The position numbers and the translations under genes were made by a program. From NCBI GenBank assembly GCA_023267635.1, contig JAHFMX010000003.1, forward strand, positions 26,139 to 90,138: DNA of 64,000 nucleotides. The letters are read 5' to 3'. Shown here piece by piece: positions 1-9,536 of the stretch. How positions within the stretch are numbered: the first letter of the stretch is position 1; every line of letters begins with the position of its first letter. The stretch comes from a bacterium. Its GTDB lineage: Bacteria; Patescibacteriota; Minisyncoccia; Phycocordibacterales; UBA5272. A model generated the notes under the pieces. That model did no database searches. It was given only the letters and a program-made list of their open reading frames with translations, and was not told the DNA's origin.

Positions 1-4
1 CTCC

Positions 5-622
5 ATGGCTACAGAAAATACAGTGCCACTTCTATGGATCCCAGGTACGAGCAGTCGTGCTTTAGATAAAATGCTTAAGCACAAGATTGATCCTCAGTAT
101 CTGCGGCCATCTCGTTTGGATATTGAAGCTCAAAAAGCGATTATTATTTCCAAACGTTGCACATGTCTTTTTTATGAAGTCGGTGCAACAATTTTCCATG
201 TGCATGAAAAAAATTTCTACCATCTTTCAGATGGCTATAACGGCGCCGCAAAAGGCGATGTTGACCCACGAATTGCTGGCTGTGCCCGCATCGTTGGGGG
301 TGAGCTCAAAGAAGGTGGCGGTCTTTGTCGGGGTTCACATGCAGAATTAAATGCAATCGGGAATTGCACAACTGACACTTCTCTCTATCAAGATGTGAGA
401 ATGATGGTAACTCTTCATCCTTGCAATGTTTGCGCCAAACAAATTGTGAATCGAGGCATACGCACGATTTACTATGTTTGGGAATATGGACGAGATGAAG
501 AGGCTGTTAATTACTTTAAAAGGATGGGTGTTACTGTTGAAAAGTACACATCATCATTTCTTGAAAACTGGATCAAGGTTAACAACTATGATCCCGATGG
601 TTTGAAGCACGGATCTTGTTAA
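5..622 (+). CDS. dCMP deaminase family (Zn-dependent) protein
   Basis: HAE (GSHAELNA) and PCxxC (HPCNVCAK) motifs; lies next to dut/thyX/tmk. Confidence 0.85.
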   Translation: MATENTVPLLWIPGTSSRALDKMLKHKIDPQYLRPSRLDIEAQKAIIISKRCTCLFYEVGATIFHVHEKNFYHLSDGYNGAAKGDVDPRIAGCARIVGGELKEGGGLCRGSHAELNAIGNCTTDTSLYQDVRMMVTLHPCNVCAKQIVNRGIRTIYYVWEYGRDEEAVNYFKRMGVTVEKYTSSFLENWIKVNNYDPDGLKHGSC

Positions 623-641
623 TCATTTGGTTTCAAGTTCC

Positions 642-668
642 AAAAACCTGTCCTTGGGCAGGTTTTTT
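642..668 (+). terminator. Intrinsic terminator
   Basis: aaaaacctgtcc-ttg-ggcaggtttttt hairpin with T tract. Confidence 0.7.
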
Positions 669-690
669 CTTTTTGTTACAATGAAGATAC

Positions 691-1110
691 ATGAAATTAA
701 AAGTGAAAAAATTGCACGCTAATGCAAAGCTTCCAACTCGTGCACATCACGATGATGCAGGGCTTGATATTTATTGTTGTGAAGAAACAATCATTCCTCC
801 ACACACAACAGTAAAGGTCTCAACGGGGATTGCTTACGAAGTACCAGACGGGTATTGTGTGTTTGCTTGGGATAAAGGATCACTCGGTTCAAAAGGAATT
901 AAAACCTTAGGGGGTGTTCTTGATTCTGGATATCGAGGAGAATTATTTATTCCAATTCATAATTTAAATGATACGCCGTATACGTTTGAGTCAGGGGACA
1001 AGGTGGCACAAATGGTTATTCAGAAAGTTGAGCTGTGGGAAGTTGAAGAATCAGAAACTCTTTCAGAAACTAAACGCGGAGCGGGGAGTTTTGGAAGTAC
1101 GGGAAAGTAG
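691..1110 (+). CDS. dut: dUTP diphosphatase (trimeric dUTPase)
   Basis: AGLDI, GVLDSGYRGE, GDKVAQ and RGAGSFGSTG motifs. Confidence 0.97.
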   Translation: MKLKVKKLHANAKLPTRAHHDDAGLDIYCCEETIIPPHTTVKVSTGIAYEVPDGYCVFAWDKGSLGSKGIKTLGGVLDSGYRGELFIPIHNLNDTPYTFESGDKVAQMVIQKVELWEVEESETLSETKRGAGSFGSTGK

Positions 1111-1190
1111 TTTTGCTTTTGCTCTCACAAACCTGTAGGATTGAGTACGGTAGTTTTTTCATCAATCTAAACCATATTTAGGAGGTCCTC

Positions 1191-2549
1191 ATGGACATTA
1201 GTCAACTTAAACATTTCACCCAAGGTGACCCAAGCAAGGGGCCTTTCGTTCTTGTTCTGTATGACGGAGCACTGATTACGGCCGAAGATTTGGCCATGCT
1301 TCAAGGGCTGTATTCTCGTTCGCCACAGTCGGTGCTCGGACATCTGAAGAAGCTGGCCGAAGTCGGCTCCGGCAAGTTCATGGTTCAGTACTATGTCGGC
1401 TATGGACACAAATCAATCGGCGACTGCGGCGACACAGCTATCTTTATTGAAGGTGTTTCCATGCTGGTTGCCAAGGCGATTCAGGACTGGGCACTCTACT
1501 GCGGACAGGAGGTGTCTACGCGCTACCTGGACTTTGCTGTTGCGGTATTTATCAATCAGCTTGGACTGTCGGATGAAGAAAATCCACAGGAATGGTTGCG
1601 CAAGTTCTATGTCGACGCCATGCCTAAACTCAAGGAGGAGTTGAGGGTAAGGTATCCGATGCAGCCAGAAGAAAAGGAAGCTGTCTATGAGAAGGCGATT
1701 GCGGCTCGTGCATTTGATATCCTTCGTGCGTTTTTGCCCGCAGGTGCTGCAACCAATTTGTCGTGGACCACAAACCTTCGGCAAGCGGCGGATAAGCTTG
1801 GCTGGTTGCGAGCTCATCCACTTTCGGAAGTGCACAACATTGCCGACATGATCGAGAAAGCTTTGCAGCAGGCGCATCCGAATTCGTTCGGTCATAAGCG
1901 TTATGCAGCAAGCGAGGCATATCGCGAAGTTTGCATGGAAAAGGATTACTACTTCTCGCCGATGTATTGGAAGGAAGAAGTGATCCTCACCCGCAATACG
2001 CTTGATGCCAAGCTTGTGCTTGAACACGCTGAAGCGATAAGTTCGCGTCCAGCGCGGACAGAATTGCCGAAGCATTTGGCTGAAGCGGGGACGCTCCAAT
2101 TCGAGTTTGCTCTCGATTTCGGATCTTTCCGTGATATCCAACGGCAGCGGGCTGTGATTCAGCGTATGCCGATGCTAACAGCGAAGATTGGGTTCCATGA
2201 CTGGTATCTTGATCAGTTGGGACCTGAACTTCGTGCGAAGGCGGAGAAGCTTGTCCTGGAAATCAAGCACTGGTGGGAACGAAACGTGAGAAATCACGGA
2301 GAAGTTGCCCTCCAGTATTACCTTCCAATGGGGCAGCAAGTTGCTTGCCGTGTTACGGGGGACCTTCCAGCATTGGTGTATCTTGTGGAGCTTCGCTCTG
2401 GTTCTACTGTGCATCCCACACTTCGTGAAGTTGCGCAGGAAATAGGTAAACAGATCCGCGAGATCGGTGTTCCTGTCTACATCGATGAATCCGACATGGG
2501 TCGGTTTGATGTGAATCGGGGCACTCAGGACATTGTGGCGAAAGCTTAA
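1191..2549 (+). CDS. thyX: Flavin-dependent thymidylate synthase, long (two-domain) form
   Basis: GYGHKSI, QEVSTRY, FDILRAFLP and FRDIQRQR motifs; AGGAGG RBS; sits between dut and tmk. Confidence 0.85.
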   Translation: MDISQLKHFTQGDPSKGPFVLVLYDGALITAEDLAMLQGLYSRSPQSVLGHLKKLAEVGSGKFMVQYYVGYGHKSIGDCGDTAIFIEGVSMLVAKAIQDWALYCGQEVSTRYLDFAVAVFINQLGLSDEENPQEWLRKFYVDAMPKLKEELRVRYPMQPEEKEAVYEKAIAARAFDILRAFLPAGAATNLSWTTNLRQAADKLGWLRAHPLSEVHNIADMIEKALQQAHPNSFGHKRYAASEAYREVCMEKDYYFSPMYWKEEVILTRNTLDAKLVLEHAEAISSRPARTELPKHLAEAGTLQFEFALDFGSFRDIQRQRAVIQRMPMLTAKIGFHDWYLDQLGPELRAKAEKLVLEIKHWWERNVRNHGEVALQYYLPMGQQVACRVTGDLPALVYLVELRSGSTVHPTLREVAQEIGKQIREIGVPVYIDESDMGRFDVNRGTQDIVAKA

Positions 2550-2565
2550 TGACCTGAAATCTTTC

Positions 2566-2595
2566 AAACAGGCACCTTGACGGTGCCTGTTTTTT
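2566..2595 (+). terminator. Intrinsic terminator
   Basis: aaacaggcacc-ttgac-ggtgcctgtttttt. Confidence 0.8.
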
Positions 2596-2679
2596 ATTTG
2601 TTTGTGGCATTGTTTCCTTTCCTGTAGGCTTGATATAGGTTCATTTTTAAATTATTGCCGAAAGGCGAAGGAGATTCTC

Positions 2680-3405
2680 ATGACTTCAGATATCGTTCCA
2701 GTAGCGAAATACGTTGTTATCGATGGGATCGACGGTGGGGGCAAAGGGACAATTTTTAAGAGAATTGAAAAGGAGTTCCCTCGTCCGCCGTCTGAAATGG
2801 GGTATGAAAAAATTTTGATGGAGGGACCTGTCGGTAAATACTCCATCATTACTCGTGAGCCAGGCGGCACACCTCTTGCTGAAAAGTTGAGGGGCATGAT
2901 TTTGAGTGACGTCATGTCTTCCTTTTCTGAGTTCTGCTTGTTTCTTGGACAGCGGGATGATGGTCGCAAGCAGGTGATTCATCCTGCTTTGGCGGGCGGC
3001 GTGAACGTTATTTCGGACAGGTCAGATTCAGCAACGTTCGCTTACCAATTGCGGGGACGACAACTTGATCATCTGGAAGATTTGTATTGGAAGACGCGCC
3101 CTATGATGGCACCTCTTCCGAGTTTGTACGTCTTTTTAGATCTCGATCCGCTTGTTGCTGCTCAACGTATGACTGGTCGAGGTAATGAGGCGGATAACTT
3201 CGAGAAGCAGAACACCGAGTTCTTCGAGCGTGTAAGGAACGGATTCAAGGAATTTGCACAGAAAGTTGAAGCACCCTGCCGCTTTGTGAATGCTGAGCAA
3301 GGAAAAGATGAAGTGGCAGAAGATGTGCTCAAGATCCTTCGCGAGCACATCGGTGTCGCTCCGAAGGTGGAAGCAAATATTTTTCCGCTTGAGCGGCGAG
3401 CGTGA
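2680..3405 (+). CDS. tmk: Thymidylate kinase
   Basis: DGIDGGGKGT P-loop, REPGGT, SDR and AYQ motifs; ATG 2680 follows AAGGAG. Confidence 0.95.
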   Translation: MTSDIVPVAKYVVIDGIDGGGKGTIFKRIEKEFPRPPSEMGYEKILMEGPVGKYSIITREPGGTPLAEKLRGMILSDVMSSFSEFCLFLGQRDDGRKQVIHPALAGGVNVISDRSDSATFAYQLRGRQLDHLEDLYWKTRPMMAPLPSLYVFLDLDPLVAAQRMTGRGNEADNFEKQNTEFFERVRNGFKEFAQKVEAPCRFVNAEQGKDEVAEDVLKILREHIGVAPKVEANIFPLERRA

Positions 3406-3409
3406 AACG

Positions 3410-3433
3410 AAACCAGCCCTTGTGCTGGTTTTT
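3410..3433 (+). terminator. Intrinsic terminator
   Basis: aaaccagc-ccttgt-gctggttttt. Confidence 0.7.
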
Positions 3434-3469
3434 CTTTTTATTAATTCTCAAATAAGGTAGTATAGATGC

Positions 3470-5224
3470 ATGAATTCGTACGAGACCATCAAAGACACAC
3501 TTGCAGAACTATGTCAGGAAAAAGGGGTTGAATCTTCTTTTTCTTTGGATATGCCAGAAGATAGTCTTCATGGTGATTACGCTACAAACGTAGCTTTTCT
3601 TCTTTCAAAACAAACAGGTGTGTCTCCCAAGGAAACTGCAGAGCAGCTTATCTCTACACTTATGACTGAGTTAGAAGATGTTGTAGAAAAAGCAGAAGTT
3701 GCTGGCCCTGGCTTTATTAATTTCTTTTTGAAAGATGACGTACGAACAGACGAAGCAGAATCAGTTGCGCTCAGTGATATCACAAACGTTGGCGGAAAAG
3801 GAAAAGTAATTGTTGAATATACCGACCCAAATCCATTTAAGCTTTTTCATATTGGACACCTTGTACCAAATGCGATTGGAGAGTCAGTCGCGCGTATCTA
3901 CGAGGCAGAAGGGTACGATGTAATACGAGTATGCTATCAGGGAGATGTTGGTATGCACGTTGCGCAGGCAATTTTTGGTATTCAGTGGAAGCTTGCTCAT
4001 GAAAATGAAAACAAAGAGATTGATCTGTTCTTTAACGATGAAACTGCACTTGTTCATAAAATACAATTTCTTGGCGCTTGTTACGCTCTTGGTAATACCA
4101 TGTTTACAGACGAAGAGCTGTATACCTTTGCAACATTAGAAGAGAAAAAGAACGCTTTTAAAGATATTAACAAAAAGATTTTTGAAAAGAGTGACTCAGA
4201 AATAAATCGTTTGTATGACCTCGGTAAGATGTGGAGCCTTGAGTACTTTGAAACGATCTATGAAAAACTTGGAACGCAGTTTGATCATTATATTTTTGAA
4301 AGCGAAGTTGGAAAAGATGGTGCTCAGATTGTTAAAGAGAATATCGGTACCATTTTCCACGAATCAGATGGGGCTGTTGTATTTAAGGGTGAAGATATTG
4401 GGCTGCATACTCGTGTATTCATAAACTCTCAAGGGCTTCCAACATATGAAGCGAAAGAATTAGGCAACACCTACAAGAAAGATCTTTTGGTCCCAGATTC
4501 AATCCTTTCTGTTGTGGTTACCGCAAATGAAGTCAATGAGTATTTTAAAGTTATGAAAGCAGTGTTTGAGCAAATTGATAAACCACTTGCTGATAAGTTA
4601 CTTCATGTTTCTCATGGCATGCTTCGTCTCCCAGAAGGGAAGATGTCATCTCGAAAAGGAAACGTGATTCCTGCAGAAGAGCTCATCGCCACAGTAAGTG
4701 AGCGTATTGCTGTACGATTGGAAGATATGAAGGTGCGAGAGGGACAGAAGGTGCAGCTTATTAACGATATTGCCGTTGGGGCAATTAAGTTTTCAATTCT
4801 TAAATCAGCCCCAGGGAAGGATATGATTTTTGATCTTGAGAAGTCTCTTTCGTTTGAAGGGGATTCAGGACCGTATCTTCAATACACACATGCTCGTCTC
4901 TCGGCGTTGCTTGATAAAGCAGAAGAAGCAGGAATCTCAATTGAGAGTTATGCGATAGAACATTCTGAACGAGAACTAGAGCAAGTTATCATTGGGTATA
5001 CACAAGTGCTACAGAAGGCGTACAAAGACATGGGTCCACATCACATCGTTCAGCACCTTCTTGTGCTTACTCGTGCGTTTAACAATATGTACGGTCGCGT
5101 GCAAATTGTGAATGAGGAGGATGCAGAAACTAGTGCGTATTACGTTATGTTAGCAACGGCTACCAAAAACATCTTGGCGCACGGACTCTATACACTCGGC
5201 ATTGTCGCTCCAAGTCGAATGTAG
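3470..5224 (+). CDS. argS: Arginine--tRNA ligase
   Basis: HGDYATN, AGPGFINF, HIGH, KMSSRKG and GPYLQY motifs; C-terminal RM. Confidence 0.97.
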   Translation: MNSYETIKDTLAELCQEKGVESSFSLDMPEDSLHGDYATNVAFLLSKQTGVSPKETAEQLISTLMTELEDVVEKAEVAGPGFINFFLKDDVRTDEAESVALSDITNVGGKGKVIVEYTDPNPFKLFHIGHLVPNAIGESVARIYEAEGYDVIRVCYQGDVGMHVAQAIFGIQWKLAHENENKEIDLFFNDETALVHKIQFLGACYALGNTMFTDEELYTFATLEEKKNAFKDINKKIFEKSDSEINRLYDLGKMWSLEYFETIYEKLGTQFDHYIFESEVGKDGAQIVKENIGTIFHESDGAVVFKGEDIGLHTRVFINSQGLPTYEAKELGNTYKKDLLVPDSILSVVVTANEVNEYFKVMKAVFEQIDKPLADKLLHVSHGMLRLPEGKMSSRKGNVIPAEELIATVSERIAVRLEDMKVREGQKVQLINDIAVGAIKFSILKSAPGKDMIFDLEKSLSFEGDSGPYLQYTHARLSALLDKAEEAGISIESYAIEHSERELEQVIIGYTQVLQKAYKDMGPHHIVQHLLVLTRAFNNMYGRVQIVNEEDAETSAYYVMLATATKNILAHGLYTLGIVAPSRM

Positions 5225-5269
5225 TAGCCTGTTTACCTTTATCAATTAGTGAGGTATTATAAAGTCATA

Positions 5270-5478
5270 GCAGTGACGGGACCAATCACCCCCGAGCTTC
5301 AGGAAGAACACCCAGCCCCAGTTTTGGAAACAGTGAAACAAAACTGGGGCTGGGTAAGTAGAACCTATCAATGAGGGGATAGAAATATCCTAAAAACAAG
5401 GTGGTACCACGATTTCAAACATGAAACTCGTCCTTGGAAAATAATAGCAATATTGTTTTCTGTGGACGAGTTTTATTT
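5270..5478 (+). promoter_or_regulatory. T-box riboswitch (Ile specifier AUC, ultrashort Stem I) with terminator/antiterminator
   Basis: T-box AGGTGGTACCACG at ~5399-5411; ATC specifier at 5285-5287; Stem II S-turn GAAGAAC...AGTAGAAC; terminator aaactcgtcc...ggacgagtttt upstream of ileS. Confidence 0.88.
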
Positions 5479-5490
5479 ATTTACACATCT

Positions 5491-8400
5491 ATGTCTGACA
5501 ATACTTTACCCAAACCAAAAACAATAAACGAGAAAGAACAGGAAACGCTTCTTTTCTGGCAACAGAATGACATCTTCGAGAAGTCAGTAGAAAATCCTGC
5601 AAGCGAAATACCGAAAGGGTCATTCTCTTTTTATGATGGGCCACCATTTGCTACAGGGCTTCCTCATCACGGACATATTCTCGCTGGAACAATCAAGGAT
5701 GCTATTCCTCGGTATCAGACAATGAAAGGTAATTCTGTTCGTCGTATTTGGGGGTGGGATTGTCACGGGCTTCCTATTGAGAATCTTATTGAAAAGAAAT
5801 TAGGTCTTGCTTCAAAAAAAGACATTGAAGCATTTGGAATTGATAAGTTCAATCAAGATGCATTTAATTCAGTGCTTCAGTATGAAGAAGAATGGAAAAA
5901 AGTTGTTCCACGAGTTGGACGTTTTGTTGATATGGAGCATGCCTACAAAACAATGGATTCAACGTATACAGAAAGTATTTGGTGGGCATGGAAAACATTA
6001 TACGAAAAAGGACTTGCCTATGAGGGGTACAAGATAATGCATATCTGTCCGAGATGTGAGACAACACTTGCTCAATCTGAGGTGGGTATGGAGTACCACG
6101 ATGTAACTGATCTTTCAGTAACTGCAAAGTTTGAACTGGTGGACGAACCAGGGACATACGTTCTTGCGTGGACTACAACACCATGGACACTTCCAGGAAA
6201 CACAGCGCTCGCACTTTGTGAGACCGCTCAATATATAAAGGTATTAATTGAGGGAATGGAAGGAATGTATGTTCTTGCTAACGAGAGAAAAGAAGACGTA
6301 TTAAAAGATATGAAGTATGAAGTGAAAGAAATGTTTGCAGGTTCAACGCTCATTGGAAAATCATACAAGCCAGTATTCCCATATTTCGTAGATAAAGAAA
6401 TTGATAATAAAGAAAATATCTGGAAAATCTGGCACGCTGATTTTATTACGCTTGATACTGGAACAGGTGTTGCACACGAAGCTCCAGCCTTTGGAGCAGA
6501 AGACATGGATCTTGCAAAGTTGCACAGAATTCCAGTTATCAAACACGTGAAGATGGATGGAACATTTACAACCGAGGTGATTGATTTTGTTGGAATGAAG
6601 GTAAAGCAAAAAGATGATACACAGTCAGCTGATATTGAAATTATTAAGTATCTAGCTCATAATGGAAAACTTTTTGAGAAGCATAAAATTATTCACTCAT
6701 ATCCACTTTGCTGGCGATGTAAGACGCCACTCCTTAATTACGCTACATCTTCATGGTTTGTTGATGTTCCTAAAATGAAAGAGAAACTTCTCTCAGAAAA
6801 TGAAAATATTGGTTGGACTCCGTCACATATTAGAGATGGAAGATTTGGTAAGTGGCTTGAAGGTGCTCATGAGTGGGCGGTATCACGCTCACGATATTGG
6901 GGCGCTCCTCTTCCTGTGTGGAAAAATGAAGCCGGAGATATGAAAATCATTGGCTCACTTAAAGAGCTTGCTGCACTGAATAAAAATAAACCAAAGAATA
7001 CGTATTTTGCTATTCGTCATGGCGAAGCGCAGAGTAATATTAATCGAGTGTTGGATAGTTATGGTGACCCACACAACCACCTTACTGAAACTGGTAAAGA
7101 ACAAGCTCGTCACGCTGGGCACTTTGCAAAAGAACAAGGGATAGATATTATCGTGTATTCACCATTGCTTCGAACAGAAGAAACAGCTCGCATTATAAAA
7201 GAGATGTGTGGAGCAGAATCAGTTGTTGATAAGCGGCTTCGTGAGTTTGATACGGGAATCTTTTCGGGCACAAGTGTTGATGAGTTCCATGTACGTCAGC
7301 GAGCTGATTTCATGGATCTCGACACTAAATTACCAGAAGGGGAATCTCATCGTGATCTCATGAACCGCACTATGCAGGTTCTTGAGGATTGTGAAAAAGA
7401 ATATGTGGGTAAAAAAATTCTCTTCGTAACACACGGATCTCCTGTGTGGATGCTTGAAGCAGCAGCTCATTTGCGTACTGATGAGGAAATTGTTGCGGAC
7501 ATGATGATGCACGAAGACACATCTCCTGCGCACGCCCATGTGGTGCCTGTGCATCCTCAACTCGTTCCGCGAGATGAAACAGGGGCTGTTAATCTTCACC
7601 GTCCGTATATTGATGAAATAGAACTGGAAATTGATGGAGTAATCTATAAACGAATTGGAGATGTTTTTGATTGTTGGTTTGAATCTGGGTCTATGCCGTT
7701 TGCGTCACTTCACTATCCATTTGAGAACAAAGAAATCTTTGAAAAGAACTATCCAGCTGAATTTATTGCTGAAGGATTAGATCAAACACGTGGATGGTTC
7801 TACTCGCTTATTAACTTAGGGGTTGGATTGTTTGATAAGGCTCCATATAAGCACGTTATTGTGAACGGTCTTGTGATGGCGGAATCAGGTCTTAAACTTT
7901 CAAAGAGCGATAAAAACTATACTGACCCTATGGAGCTTGTGGAGAAGTACGGGGCAGACGCAATGCGATACGCACTTCTTTCGAGTCCTGTGGTTAAGGG
8001 AGAAAATATCTTGTTTACAGATAAGACCGTGGAGGATGTGTACAAAAAAGTAATTTCTCGATTGGAGAACGTTCTCTCTTTGTATGAAATGAATAAAGAA
8101 GAAGGGGTGCAAGCGGTGGCCACTTCTACAAATGTTTTGGATAGATGGATTATTTCAAGGGTTCATGAGGTCGTTGCGAGAGTGACTAAAGGATACGACA
8201 CGTATATGCTTGATGAAGCTACGTACCCAATCGACCAACTTATTGATGACCTGTCTGTTTGGTATGTCAGACGCAGTCGAGACCGCCTTAAAGGAGATGC
8301 TGGTGCTGAAGAAAAGAAACAAGCATACGAAACAGTAACGTACGTACTGCTTACTCTTTCAAAAGTAATTGCTCCAGTAATGCCTTTCATTGCTGAAAGG

Positions 8401-8931
8401 GTGTACAGTACTGTTGGAGGAGAAAAAGAATCAGTGCATCTGGAAGTCTGGCCTCAGACTTTCTCAGTAGATACTGAATTATTGGTTACTATGAAAAAGG
8501 TTCGCGAACTTGTAACGGTAGCGCTGTCACTTCGCACACAAGCAAAGATTGCTGTAAGACAACCACTCCAGAAACTTATTCTTAAGGAGAAGGTTGGAGA
8601 GGAGTATGTTTCAACAATTCTTGACGAGCTTAACGTAAAGGAAATTTCATTTGATGAAACTCAGACAGAAGCTTGTGTACTTGATACTACGGTGACAGAC
8701 ATACTGCAAGCAGAAGGAGATGTTCGTAATCTTATGCGCGCGGTTCAAGATGCTCGCAAGGATAAAGGACTCACGCCGAAAGATTCAATTGTTCTTACTA
8801 CTGAGTTTGTGGTCCCAGAACAGTTCAAAGCTCTTCTCATGAATACGTGTCGAATTAGTTCAATAGAAAAGGGAAGCGGAACATATACAGCTGAAACATC
8901 AACGGGCACTATCTCCTTTGATATCCAATAA
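5491..8931 (+). CDS. ileS: Isoleucine--tRNA ligase (type 2) with inserted histidine-phosphatase domain
   Basis: DGPPFATGLPHHGH, GWDCHGLP, WTTTPWT, SRSRYWG, EGLDQTRGWF and KLSKS motifs; RHG...THG insert at ~6991-7560. Confidence 0.97.
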   Translation: MSDNTLPKPKTINEKEQETLLFWQQNDIFEKSVENPASEIPKGSFSFYDGPPFATGLPHHGHILAGTIKDAIPRYQTMKGNSVRRIWGWDCHGLPIENLIEKKLGLASKKDIEAFGIDKFNQDAFNSVLQYEEEWKKVVPRVGRFVDMEHAYKTMDSTYTESIWWAWKTLYEKGLAYEGYKIMHICPRCETTLAQSEVGMEYHDVTDLSVTAKFELVDEPGTYVLAWTTTPWTLPGNTALALCETAQYIKVLIEGMEGMYVLANERKEDVLKDMKYEVKEMFAGSTLIGKSYKPVFPYFVDKEIDNKENIWKIWHADFITLDTGTGVAHEAPAFGAEDMDLAKLHRIPVIKHVKMDGTFTTEVIDFVGMKVKQKDDTQSADIEIIKYLAHNGKLFEKHKIIHSYPLCWRCKTPLLNYATSSWFVDVPKMKEKLLSENENIGWTPSHIRDGRFGKWLEGAHEWAVSRSRYWGAPLPVWKNEAGDMKIIGSLKELAALNKNKPKNTYFAIRHGEAQSNINRVLDSYGDPHNHLTETGKEQARHAGHFAKEQGIDIIVYSPLLRTEETARIIKEMCGAESVVDKRLREFDTGIFSGTSVDEFHVRQRADFMDLDTKLPEGESHRDLMNRTMQVLEDCEKEYVGKKILFVTHGSPVWMLEAAAHLRTDEEIVADMMMHEDTSPAHAHVVPVHPQLVPRDETGAVNLHRPYIDEIELEIDGVIYKRIGDVFDCWFESGSMPFASLHYPFENKEIFEKNYPAEFIAEGLDQTRGWFYSLINLGVGLFDKAPYKHVIVNGLVMAESGLKLSKSDKNYTDPMELVEKYGADAMRYALLSSPVVKGENILFTDKTVEDVYKKVISRLENVLSLYEMNKEEGVQAVATSTNVLDRWIISRVHEVVARVTKGYDTYMLDEATYPIDQLIDDLSVWYVRRSRDRLKGDAGAEEKKQAYETVTYVLLTLSKVIAPVMPFIAERVYSTVGGEKESVHLEVWPQTFSVDTELLVTMKKVRELVTVALSLRTQAKIAVRQPLQKLILKEKVGEEYVSTILDELNVKEISFDETQTEACVLDTTVTDILQAEGDVRNLMRAVQDARKDKGLTPKDSIVLTTEFVVPEQFKALLMNTCRISSIEKGSGTYTAETSTGTISFDIQ

Positions 8932-9486
8932 ATGGCTATTGAAAAATACACCACAAAAGCAATTGTCATAGAATCCTTTGATCAAGGGGAGCATGACAGG
9001 GTGTATAAGGTGTTTACTCGTGAGTTTGGATTACTCATGGTTCACGCAAAAAGTGTACGTAAATTGGAGAGTAAGTTACGAGCCCATATAACTCCGCGAT
9101 CTATTGCGCTCATCACGCTTGTGCAAGGACGTGAAGTGTGGAGATTAACTGGGGCAGAAGAAGCAGAAAGTGTGGATGAAATGTTACATGAAGTAACCCA
9201 TCTTATTAAACGGTTCATTCGTGGTGAAGGTGCACACAAAGCACTCTACGATAGATTGATTCAGTTTCTTTCTGAAGCTTCTGTGTTCGATAAACAAAAA
9301 GCAAGATTACTCGTGCACTATATTGTGCTTGTTGAACTTGGATATGCTGATGCAAAAGTAATTGGTGCAAAAGATATTAAAGAGTACATTGATTGGAATG
9401 TAGGTGATTTGTATACACACCTTCTTCTTTCATATACACAGGTTCGAGCACATGTGCATGAAGTATTGAAGGAAACACAGTTATAA
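8932..9486 (+). CDS. recO: DNA repair protein RecO (short form)
   Basis: N-terminal OB fold (GEHDRVYKVFTREFGLL..AKSVRKLESKLR). Confidence 0.85.
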   Translation: MAIEKYTTKAIVIESFDQGEHDRVYKVFTREFGLLMVHAKSVRKLESKLRAHITPRSIALITLVQGREVWRLTGAEEAESVDEMLHEVTHLIKRFIRGEGAHKALYDRLIQFLSEASVFDKQKARLLVHYIVLVELGYADAKVIGAKDIKEYIDWNVGDLYTHLLLSYTQVRAHVHEVLKETQL

Positions 9487-9536
9487 GTGAGATGTGGCTG
9501 AAGGGGTGGAGTGTTTTTACTGATATACTGGATACC

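Noticed and set aside
1413..2141. 242-aa antisense ORF (and similar shadows, e.g. 48144-48839, 63673-63978)
   Set aside because: Lie fully opposite well-supported genes and show no recognisable motifs.
5434..5490. N-terminal extension of IleRS from TTG 5434
   Set aside because: Lies within the T-box terminator hairpin; ATG 5491 is more plausible.
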